64,000 nt of DNA, taken from positions 428 through 64,427 of the forward strand of contig JAFTVF010000015.1 of NCBI GenBank assembly GCA_017465865.1, read 5' to 3'. Positions within the stretch are counted from its first letter, which is position 1. The number at the start of each line of letters is the position of its first letter. Of this stretch, positions 50,228 to 58,549 are shown piece after piece. The notes below the pieces were generated by a model, which saw only the letters and a program-made list of their open reading frames with translations, searched no databases and was not told the DNA's origin. Source of the stretch: Clostridia bacterium. GTDB lineage: Bacteria > Bacillota > Clostridia > Christensenellales > Borkfalkiaceae. The position numbers and the translations under genes are program-made.

Positions 50228-50854
50228 ATGAAAGTAGTATTTTTAGGGGATTCTATAACTGTGGGAACTTATACTGCCGTTGGCGAAACTTCTCCGCAAA
50301 GAATAGCGAAACCCAACTATGTTGAAATATTAAAAGAGCATTTTTCATGGCAAGTAGAAAATCTTGCTTTTAACGGTACTCCGTACAGCTCAACGTCCAG
50401 CGTGCATTCGCAGTATGCGATTTGTAAAAGAGTAGAGGAAATTTCATGCGCGGATATCGTTTTTGTCGCAGGCGGAACGAACGATTACGGGACGAGCGTT
50501 GAACTTGGTAAGGAAACCGACGAAGAAGACGTGTCTTTTTTTGGGGCTGTGAATATTGTTTTCAAATTGTTAAAAAACAAGGCAAAGAAAGTGGTGGTAA
50601 TAACGCCTATCCCAAGATTGCGCGAAGAAGAAAACTCAAAAGGCTATACGCTTTCCGATTATAGGCGAGCTCTTGCTGTGTTGGCGCGAAAATACGGCTA
50701 TCAAGTAATAGATGGTCAAGGATTACCCATAAGACCTTGGGATGAAGAACATAAATTGAAATATATGTTCGACGGGGTACATTTGTCAATTGAGGGGCAT
50801 CAAATGTATGCCGAGTATATTTTAGAGCAAATTTACGATCAAATGAAACGATGA
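50228..50854 (+). CDS. SGNH/GDSL hydrolase (esterase)
   Basis: VVFLGDSITVG block I, GGTNDYG block III and DGVHLS block V. Confidence 0.75.
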   Translation: MKVVFLGDSITVGTYTAVGETSPQRIAKPNYVEILKEHFSWQVENLAFNGTPYSSTSSVHSQYAICKRVEEISCADIVFVAGGTNDYGTSVELGKETDEEDVSFFGAVNIVFKLLKNKAKKVVVITPIPRLREEENSKGYTLSDYRRALAVLARKYGYQVIDGQGLPIRPWDEEHKLKYMFDGVHLSIEGHQMYAEYILEQIYDQMKR

Positions 50855-50869
50855 ATGGAGAAAATAAAA

Positions 50870-51595
50870 ATGAGTATTTTAACAAAAATCAAAGAGAAAC
50901 AGGCAAATATCTTTAATGTATCGCCTATTACAGTGGTTTTTTTAGGGGATAGTGTAACGCAAGGTTGCTTTGAGTTGTATAAAACCTCGCCGACGACGTT
51001 AAATACTGTTTTTGACTATAACAATGCTTTCAGTACAAAGTTTAAGAAGATCTTGAACTTGTTGTATCCGTCTGTTCAAATCAACGTTATAAACAGTGGC
51101 ATTAGCGGGGATAACGCTACGGGTGGACTTGCGAGAATGGAACGCGACGTTTTGAAATATTCGCCTGATTTGGTCGTCGTTGGGTTTGCACTTAACGATA
51201 GTACCAAAGGTTTGGATAAAATTGAAGAGTATAAATCTTCCATGAAAAAAATTATAAGCAAGGTGAAAGAGTTAGACGCTGAATGTATTTTGCTTACGCC
51301 TAATATGATGAATACGTACGTAAGCTATCGTATAACGGACGAAAAGATTATGACGATAGCGGAAAAATGTATGATCATACAAAACGAAGGTGTATTAGAT
51401 AAATACGTCGAGGAATTAAGAACGATCGGAAAAGAGAGCGATGTTAAAGTATGCGACGTATACGCGAAGTGGAAAAATATGAGCAAAGCAGGGATAGATA
51501 CAACCGAGCTTCTATCGAATTATGTCAATCATCCGATACGCGAACTGCATACTCTTACGGCAACAATGCTTATAGATACGATTTTTGAGGAATAA
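50870..51595 (+). CDS. SGNH/GDSL hydrolase (esterase)
   Basis: VVFLGDSVTQG, GISGDNATGG and FALNDS blocks. The alternative start at 50855 abuts the upstream stop. Confidence 0.8.
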   Translation: MSILTKIKEKQANIFNVSPITVVFLGDSVTQGCFELYKTSPTTLNTVFDYNNAFSTKFKKILNLLYPSVQINVINSGISGDNATGGLARMERDVLKYSPDLVVVGFALNDSTKGLDKIEEYKSSMKKIISKVKELDAECILLTPNMMNTYVSYRITDEKIMTIAEKCMIIQNEGVLDKYVEELRTIGKESDVKVCDVYAKWKNMSKAGIDTTELLSNYVNHPIRELHTLTATMLIDTIFEE

Positions 51596-51621
51596 ATTAG
51601 AGGATAAAAAGGAGAATAATT

Positions 51622-52200
51622 ATGAAAACGGTAAAAGACAAGTATTTGGTGGTAGGCGCAGACTTTGCGAGATTTCCCTTGAAAGAAGTGGTGGTAGAAC
51701 ACCTGACGAAAAAAGGCTGGAAAATCCTTGACTTGGGCGTTAAAAAGGACAGCGATCCGAACGATACGGATTTAATGTTCCACAGAGTAGGACTTCGCGT
51801 AGGTGCGGAAATTTCTGAGAGGAATTACGAGCGCGCACTTTTGTTTTGCGGTACGGGTATGGGTATCCATATTGCGGCAAGCAAATGCCCTCACGTACAC
51901 GCAGGGGTCGTAGAGAGTCTGCCTGCCGCAACGCGAGCGATTACAGGAAACGGTGTGAATGTACTTGCGATGGGCGCGTTTTACGTCGCACCGCAAACGG
52001 CTTGCGATATTGCAGACGCATACCTTGCCAACGAGCTGGGTAGTGGCTGGGAATGGTGGCATAATTTTTACGAGTTTCATAAACTTGCCATTGATGAGCT
52101 GGAAGCATTCGATTACGAAGAGTACAAGAAAAATGGCTTTAAGGTAAACAAACTCGGCGATTACGATTTGACTTTGGATTTTGATAAAAAACCTGAATAA
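51622..52200 (+). CDS. RpiB/LacA/LacB-family sugar-phosphate isomerase
   Basis: LFCGTGMGIHIAASK and NVLAMGA motifs, with an extended C-terminus. Confidence 0.8.
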   Translation: MKTVKDKYLVVGADFARFPLKEVVVEHLTKKGWKILDLGVKKDSDPNDTDLMFHRVGLRVGAEISERNYERALLFCGTGMGIHIAASKCPHVHAGVVESLPAATRAITGNGVNVLAMGAFYVAPQTACDIADAYLANELGSGWEWWHNFYEFHKLAIDELEAFDYEEYKKNGFKVNKLGDYDLTLDFDKKPE

Positions 52201-52213
52201 TGGAAGTGAGTAT

Positions 52214-52891
52214 ATGTTTAATCCGACGGAAGAATTTGAGTTTAACGGACACAAGGCAACGATAATACACCCCAAAAAACCGAATGGAAAATGGATATGG
52301 AAAACGGAATTTTTGTCCGCGTTTGACCAAGCGGAAGACGCTTTATGGGAACAAGGATATACGCGAGTATATTATCAAATCAGCGATAAATTCGGTAGCT
52401 ATCAAGCCGTTAGACTGATGCGTAGCTTTTTCGATTTTATAACGGAAAAGTACGATTTGAGCAAAAAAACAATTTTGTTCGGTTTCAGTCGCGGTGGCTT
52501 ATATGCGTTCAATTTTGCATTATTTTATCCGAATTACGTGGAAAAAGTTTATTTAGACGCGCCTGTTTTGGATATGAAAACGTGGCCGCCCGCAGGCAGC
52601 GTTGATCAGAAGATGCTTTTTGAGGAATATACTTTGAATGAAAGTACGTTACAAACGTTCAAAGAGAATCCGATAGACAATCTTGCCGAATTTTTCTCCT
52701 TGAATATTCCGCTTTTGCTTATAGCAGGCGCGGCGGACGAGATTGTACCTTTTGAGAAAAACGCGGGTAAATTGATTGATTTTTGTGTAGAAAATAAAAT
52801 CGATATAACCTATATCGTAAAAAAAGAATCTAGACATCACCCTCATTCTTTGCAGGATATTACGCCGATTATCGAATTTATTGAAAGATGA
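52214..52891 (+). CDS. Alpha/beta-hydrolase fold esterase
   Basis: GFSRGG nucleophile elbow, a late acidic residue and a His (HHPHS). Confidence 0.65.
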   Translation: MFNPTEEFEFNGHKATIIHPKKPNGKWIWKTEFLSAFDQAEDALWEQGYTRVYYQISDKFGSYQAVRLMRSFFDFITEKYDLSKKTILFGFSRGGLYAFNFALFYPNYVEKVYLDAPVLDMKTWPPAGSVDQKMLFEEYTLNESTLQTFKENPIDNLAEFFSLNIPLLLIAGAADEIVPFEKNAGKLIDFCVENKIDITYIVKKESRHHPHSLQDITPIIEFIER

Positions 52892-52910
52892 AAATTTTAG
52901 GGATAATGCT

Positions 52911-55322
52911 ATGAAAAAATTACATTTAATATGCAACGCGCATCTTGATCCGATTTGGCAATGGACGTGGGACGAAGGGATTTCAGCGGCGATTGCCACC
53001 TTTAAGAGCGCGGCAGATCTGGCGGAAGAATTTGACTATGTATTTTGTCATGGGGAATCGTTGTTATACGAAACAATTGAAAAGAACGCGCCCGAGCTGT
53101 TCGAGCATATTAAGAGTTTGGTAAAACAGGGGAAATGGCATATTGCGGGAGGAACGTATCTTCAATCCGATTGCCTTATGCCTTGCGGAGAAACGCTTGT
53201 AAGGAATATTGCCGTAGGAAAAAAATATTTTCGTGAAAAATTCGGCGTAGAACCGACCGTGGCGACGAATTACGATTCGTTTGGACACAGTATCGGCTTG
53301 GTGCAAATTATGGCAAAATGCGGCTATAAGGGCTATTTGATCTGTCGTCCAAGAAAGGACGTGCAGATCGAGTATCCGTCACGATTTTTTCAATGGGGCT
53401 CGCCCGACGGAAGCTGTGTGATTGTTTCCAATTCGTCCACGTATAATTCAGCTCTTGGCGAGGTAACGAAAAAGATCTTGCAGGAAACGAGCGGAGAAGC
53501 GGTTGGTATGCTCGGTTCGGACAGCAAAGATGGTAAATCGGGCGGTATGGAAGACGTCGATTATATCCTCTGGGGTGTAGGTAACCACGGCGGTGGACCG
53601 TCGAGAAAAGATTTGCAAGATATTGCACAGTTAAAGATTGAAAATACGGAGCTGTTCCATAGCACCCCCGAAGCACTTTTTGCGGACGATTTGCGCGTGG
53701 GAGGCGAAAAGAAAACTTCACTCGTGACGTGTATGCCGGGGTGCTATTCGTCGATGGCGAAAGTAAAACAAGCATACAGAAGAACGGAAAATTTATTTTA
53801 TGCGACGGAGAAAATGTTGTCGGCAGCAAGGCTTGCGAGGTTAAAACCCGATTTACGGGATTTAGAAGAAGCGCAAAAGAAATTGCTTTTAGCGAGTTTT
53901 CACGATATATTGCCGGGCACGTGCATTGAAGACGGAGAAAAAGAGGGGCTTGGCTTACTTTCTTCGTGTGAAAAGACGCTTAAAGATTATAGAACGCAAG
54001 CGTTTTTATATTTGGCGATGAACGAGCCTTGCGCGAAAGAGGGCGAATTTCCTGTTTTTGCGTTCAATTATTTTCCGTATGAAGTAACAATGCCGATTGA
54101 AACGGAATTTTCTCTTGCCGATCAAAATTGGAGCGACGAAATTTGTTTCGTACCGCATATTTTTGATGAAAACTGGCAGGAGTTGCCTTGTCAACAAATA
54201 AAAGAGGATTCCACGCTCAATCTTGATTGGAGAAAACGGATCGTATTTGAGGGAACGCTAAAACCTCTGGGGCTTACGCGCTTTACGGTAAAGGTGCAAG
54301 CGGAAGCAATAAAAGAAAAATCAGCAAAAAAGGTTCTTTTAAGGGATTACGTAAAAAATCCCGTAACTTTCGTCGCTTACGACGATACTGCCGATCCGTG
54401 GGGGATGAGTGAGCAAGAATTAAAATCGCTTGGTAAAAATCCAGTGGATTTTCGCTTGATGAACGAAGAAGAGGCGGGCGCGTTTTTTGGTGGCAACGAA
54501 CCAGTTTTTTCTATAAGGATTACAGAAAGCGGAAACGTTTATACGGAAATAGAAACACTATATACGTTCGGCAATACGAATGCCGTTTTGCAGTATAAGT
54601 TGTATAAAAATCAACCGTATACCGATATAAAAATAAGTGTGGAATTTGCCGATAAGAATAAACTCGTGCGATTAAAAATTCCCGTGCCGAAAAATTACTT
54701 AGGCGGGACGACGGTAGGCGACGGACCGTTCGTTTGGGAAGAAAAACCGAAGAGCGAAATCTCTTTCCAAAAGTGGGTAGGAATAAAAAAAGCGGATAAA
54801 ATCTTTGCGGTAATTAACGATGGGATATACGCAGGAAAGGTTGAGGACGGATATATTTATTTGACGTTGCTTCGTGGCACAGGCTACTGTGTGCACCCGA
54901 TACCTAACAGAGATTTATATCCCAAAGACAAGTATTTGCCTCGAATTGATTGTGGTCGCTATGTATATAATCTTCGTCTATTTGAGGGGGATATATGTGA
55001 AGTAAATAAGCTCGCAGAAGAATTTAATCAGCTTCCGTATGCGATTAACGTCTTTCCAATAGGAGGTAAAGAAAAAACGTATTCGCGTTGGATGGTAAAC
55101 GGAAACGTGGTCGTCTCCACCATTAAACCCACGGGAAATGACGGGTACCTATTGCGGATATACAATCCGAGCGAAAAATCGGAAATTTTTTCAGTACAGT
55201 ATGGAGAAAAATCACTTAAAAGCATTGTGCAAGCTCGTGCGGTTGTTTTAGTTTTATATAACGGCGAGTTTAAAATACAAACAGAAACGCTTTTACCTAT
55301 GGAGGAAACTGTTGCACAATAA
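52911..55322 (+). CDS. GH38 alpha-mannosidase
   Basis: LICNAHLDPIWQWTW N-terminal motif, GNHGGGPS, and a size typical of bacterial GH38. Confidence 0.85.
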   Translation: MKKLHLICNAHLDPIWQWTWDEGISAAIATFKSAADLAEEFDYVFCHGESLLYETIEKNAPELFEHIKSLVKQGKWHIAGGTYLQSDCLMPCGETLVRNIAVGKKYFREKFGVEPTVATNYDSFGHSIGLVQIMAKCGYKGYLICRPRKDVQIEYPSRFFQWGSPDGSCVIVSNSSTYNSALGEVTKKILQETSGEAVGMLGSDSKDGKSGGMEDVDYILWGVGNHGGGPSRKDLQDIAQLKIENTELFHSTPEALFADDLRVGGEKKTSLVTCMPGCYSSMAKVKQAYRRTENLFYATEKMLSAARLARLKPDLRDLEEAQKKLLLASFHDILPGTCIEDGEKEGLGLLSSCEKTLKDYRTQAFLYLAMNEPCAKEGEFPVFAFNYFPYEVTMPIETEFSLADQNWSDEICFVPHIFDENWQELPCQQIKEDSTLNLDWRKRIVFEGTLKPLGLTRFTVKVQAEAIKEKSAKKVLLRDYVKNPVTFVAYDDTADPWGMSEQELKSLGKNPVDFRLMNEEEAGAFFGGNEPVFSIRITESGNVYTEIETLYTFGNTNAVLQYKLYKNQPYTDIKISVEFADKNKLVRLKIPVPKNYLGGTTVGDGPFVWEEKPKSEISFQKWVGIKKADKIFAVINDGIYAGKVEDGYIYLTLLRGTGYCVHPIPNRDLYPKDKYLPRIDCGRYVYNLRLFEGDICEVNKLAEEFNQLPYAINVFPIGGKEKTYSRWMVNGNVVVSTIKPTGNDGYLLRIYNPSEKSEIFSVQYGEKSLKSIVQARAVVLVLYNGEFKIQTETLLPMEETVAQ

Positions 55323-55828
55323 CGGCCTCATCAAGTAGCAAGAAGGAAGAGAAAAGCTGGATTTTAAAAGCATTTCGAATAAAACACAACCTGCGTATGC
55401 TTGGTTGTGGGATAGTGTTATATTGCAATAAAATTGTTGAAAATAATTGGTATTTAAGATTATTATTTTATTTACATCTTAATGTCAAAGGAGTAAGAGT
55501 TATTTTAGAATCTAAATTATCGTTATGCTACATTATGTATAAATAAATTTATAGTTGAGCTTAAAGCCTTGTAGCGATTTTGAAAATTTAAAGAAACTGG
55601 CTGTTAATCCTTTTACCGATAATTTAACCATGTTGAAATTTATAATATGCAGGATTTTGCGTGTAAAGACGTAAAAATCCTGCATATTTGCATATTCATA
55701 CAATTAAAAAATTGATTTTTACTAAATAAATCGCGAAAAGTGGTAACAAAATGGTAACTAAAAAAGCTGTTTTTCCTTGATTTATAAAGGTTTTTATTAT
55801 TTGCTTGTTATATTTTTGTAAAAGGACA

Positions 55829-55867
55829 TAAAAAATCCCTTGAATCGCTATAAGTGCAATTCAAGGG
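55829..55867 (-). terminator. Intrinsic terminator of the ToxN/AbiQ gene
   Basis: On the minus strand the hairpin is TCCCTTGAAT-N12-ATTCAAGGGA followed by TTTTTT, located 28 nt after the stop. Confidence 0.75.
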
Positions 55868-55894
55868 ACGGATACTCGTACGTATACTTTTATA

Positions 55895-56383
55895 TTATTT
55901 AAAATACTGTACGCAAATTTCTTCAAGCTTAAGAAAATCATTGCAGCGTTTGCCCAATGCAGTCGAATTTCCATCGCGCTTTTTTATATTATACAAAGTT
56001 GATGCATTTTTCAAAATTTTGTCTTTAATGGACTTTATGTATCTATATTCTGCTTGTAGCAAGGCTCTATAATGAGCGTCTTTTTCTTTTCCAATATCTA
56101 CATATGTATATACGCCATTCACGACGGGAAACATATTATTTAAATTGATTACCGCATAATCTTTGACTTTTATAAAATCAATACCGTCTTTCATCGTTTT
56201 GTGTTTATCCTTAAAAGATGATAAAGGAGCAAAATAATCGAATCCGTTTACGCGTAACACAACACCGATGTATTTGCGCTCATTTTTTTGATTGGTTTTT
56301 CTATTTTGAAATAAGTGTGGCGCATAAGGTAAAAGAAAATTGATATAGTTTCCGTCAACTTCATAGAGTTTAATTTCATCCAT
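55895..56383 (-). CDS. ToxN/AbiQ-family type III toxin-like endoribonuclease
   Basis: LYEVDGNYINFL..., RKYIGVVLRVNGFDYFAPLSSFKDKHK, AVINLNNMFPV and a C-terminal CNDFLKLEE follow the conserved AbiQ/ToxN pattern as I recall the L. lactis AbiQ sequence. Confidence 0.8.
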   Translation of the reverse strand: MDEIKLYEVDGNYINFLLPYAPHLFQNRKTNQKNERKYIGVVLRVNGFDYFAPLSSFKDKHKTMKDGIDFIKVKDYAVINLNNMFPVVNGVYTYVDIGKEKDAHYRALLQAEYRYIKSIKDKILKNASTLYNIKKRDGNSTALGKRCNDFLKLEEICVQYFK

Positions 56384-56579
56384 AGTAATCCCCTAAATAA
56401 CAATAAGGAGTAAGGGTGAACTTACTCCTTATGTTAAGCTCGCTTTTTGAGTAGCGAAACACTCTCTTTTAACTTTCTTGCAAGAACCAAGAGAAGTTCA
56501 CTGAATAAATTTCTCATTTTATGGCTGAGATACACCAACTTTGTATATATATTATATACTATGTTTTTAAATGTGTCAA
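56384..56579 (-). promoter_or_regulatory. Promoter, about 115-nt non-repetitive leader and terminator hairpin directly upstream of the ToxN/AbiQ ORF
   Basis: On the minus strand the promoter is TTGACA (56574-56579), 17 nt, TATAAT (56551-56556). The hairpin AAGGAGTAAG-ttcacc-CTTACTCCTT plus a T-rich tail lies at 56403-56432, then AGGGGA and the ATG. Internal palindrome TTCTTGCAAGAA at 56475-56486. Confidence 0.55.
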
Positions 56580-56665
56580 GTGTTATTTAAAAATATTTTG
56601 ACTTTTTTAGAAGATTTTATGCGGTTAATATAATTTCGCATTCAAACGAGGTAACGATAATAGCT

Positions 56666-57709
56666 TTAATTATACTCATAATTATACTTCTGCATTTCAA
56701 GGATTTGTAATTCAGAGCGTTCTTGGAAATGCGTATAAACGTTTGTGGTAATAGAACAGTCGGCTTTATGACCAGCCCAAAGACTAACGATTTCACGGCG
56801 TATTCCACATTCTTGCGCGCGTGTTATGAATGTATGTCGTAAATCATGTAAATGATGATTCGGACAAAGTTTCTTGAAATAGTTCGTTAAAACTCCGAGG
56901 GAAACAGTCTTGATTTTATCAATGTCAATTAAGGGTAAAACTCTTTTTAACATAGGTGAGATCGGAATACTACGGCTTTTCTCTTTCATACCCTTGCGCT
57001 GTTTTGCGGTGGTAAGTGTAATCCATTCGCCGTCAATAACAACGGAAGCAAGCTCAGCACGCCGTAAGCCCGTGTACATAATAAAAGCAAAAGCCTGATT
57101 ATAAACGCTGGGATTGCGTTTGATTTCTTGTAAAAGAGCAAATTCTTCTTCTATGGTAAGGGGAACACCGTGCTTTTGTTCATAGCGAGCGAGCTTTACT
57201 TTCGCCATGGGGTTGAGAGTAATTACACCGTCCGCAACAGCGTATTCAAACAAAGGGGAAAGAATCTGATAAATCTTTTTGGCTGTGCGGTTTTTACCGC
57301 TGTTGCTAATTTCATTAAGAAACTCCTGTAATTCAAACGTTGGAATATCTTCAAGGACACGTTCCCCGAAAGTAGGTTTTATGTAGTTATTGATAGTTCG
57401 AGTGTAATCGTTATAAGTCCCGTCTTTTACGAACGGCTTTTTCGCACAATCCAACCATTTTTGCATATAGGGCATAAGAGGGGTTTGCTGTTTCTTTTTG
57501 GACGTTCTTTCAGCTTGAAGGGGGATTTGCGTAAAGGATTTTGAAAGTTTTTCAATGAACCGTTTTTTGCAAATATCCAAATATTTTCCCGATGCGGTAA
57601 TCCGAACTTTATTGATTTGAGAGCGAATTAAAAATAATCCGTCGGCGCGTTGCGTAACGTGCGCGCGAACATTGCCTGTTTTGAAAATTTTTCTGAATTG
57701 TTTTGGCAT
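56666..57709 (-). CDS. Tyrosine recombinase / phage-type integrase (paralog 2)
   Basis: TGLRRAEL, HDLRHTFITRA, WAGH and NVYTH give the R..HxxR..H..Y catalytic pattern. The RBS is AAGGAG. Confidence 0.9.
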   Translation of the reverse strand: MPKQFRKIFKTGNVRAHVTQRADGLFLIRSQINKVRITASGKYLDICKKRFIEKLSKSFTQIPLQAERTSKKKQQTPLMPYMQKWLDCAKKPFVKDGTYNDYTRTINNYIKPTFGERVLEDIPTFELQEFLNEISNSGKNRTAKKIYQILSPLFEYAVADGVITLNPMAKVKLARYEQKHGVPLTIEEEFALLQEIKRNPSVYNQAFAFIMYTGLRRAELASVVIDGEWITLTTAKQRKGMKEKSRSIPISPMLKRVLPLIDIDKIKTVSLGVLTNYFKKLCPNHHLHDLRHTFITRAQECGIRREIVSLWAGHKADCSITTNVYTHFQERSELQILEMQKYNYEYN

Positions 57710-57880
57710 AGCAGATAACTCCTTTGTGGTAAAAATATAATTATTAAGAAAAAATTAAGCCTATTTTTTGCGTTTTGTAATTAGGTTAGTTGAATGATAC
57801 AATCTCGGCGTAAAAACCGAGATTGGTTTCATATATAGAGCGAAATATTATAACGCGTTATAAATCATTTGAATTTTTAA

Positions 57881-58096
57881 TCTTCTACTGATTGCGCGGA
57901 CGCAGGGTATAAAACGGTTGCTGTGTTTAATAGCAGTGAGGAAACGAAAACGATTCGTTTTTCACCTGCGGATATAGGCTTGACGGGCGGAGAATACGAA
58001 GTAGAGTGTGTATGGGAAAATAAGCGCGAGCGTCTTGGTTTGTTTATGTTTACCTTGAAACCGCATCAAAGCATATTATTGAAAATCAAAAAATAA
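57881..58096 (+). pseudogene. 3' remnant of a glycoside hydrolase (alpha-galactosidase-type C-terminal beta-sandwich), no start codon
   Basis: The frame is open from 57881 and reads ...DAGYKTVAVFNSSEETKTIRFSPADIGLTGGEYEVECVWENKRERLGLFMFTLKPHQSILLKIKK*. This resembles the C-terminal domain of GH27/GH36-type enzymes. No upstream coding continuation exists. Confidence 0.45.
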
Positions 58097-58549
58097 TATA
58101 ACTGTTGTACGGATATAGGAAAGTTTAAGGGGGTGCTAAAGATCTGAAAAAGTGAAGCGTGAAAATTTTATCGATTGCACAATCTCTTATAAATAAAGGC
58201 TTCCAGCGCTTCAGTAATAGGCTTCGAGGTACGTACGAAAAATACGCTGAGTACATAGGGTTCGGACAAACACGAGTGTCTATAGAGAACAGTAATACCT
58301 AACAAAAAGAAGAGTCTTTTCGATATGTAGAGGGACTTCTTTTAGACAACGTAACCGTGCAGACGTATCGACAAGACGTACGGGAAGGTTTCGTCTTTGA
58401 CGAGGTCGTTAGGTATTGAAAGGGAGTAAGACGAATATTCCTTTCAAAAAATCGTTATGAGCAGTTGCAAAACTCGAAAGAAGGTGTTATAATAAGTACG
58501 GTAATAAGCAAGATATTTGCTTAGAGTTAAAAAACAAACGAGGTAAAAC

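Larger units (their letters stand above)
42088..57776. mobile_element. AT-rich integrated genomic island next to tRNA-Ala (two tyrosine integrases, sigma factor, glycan-utilisation cargo, ToxN/AbiQ)
   Basis: Base composition shifts abruptly at both ends. Integrase genes sit at both ends. A 14-nt direct repeat TTTTTTGCGTTTTG occurs at 42088-42101 and 57763-57776. A truncated host-like gene remnant begins about 100 nt beyond the right repeat. Confidence 0.55.

Noticed and set aside
56384-56665. Expected tandem-repeat antitoxin (ToxI/antiQ-like) upstream of the ToxN/AbiQ gene.
   Set aside because: I compared the leader with itself at offsets of about 30-50 nt. Only trivial A-rich matches appeared (for example ATAAAATGAGA versus TTAAAAGAGAG at offset 49). 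No repeat array is called, and the absence is reported as a finding instead.
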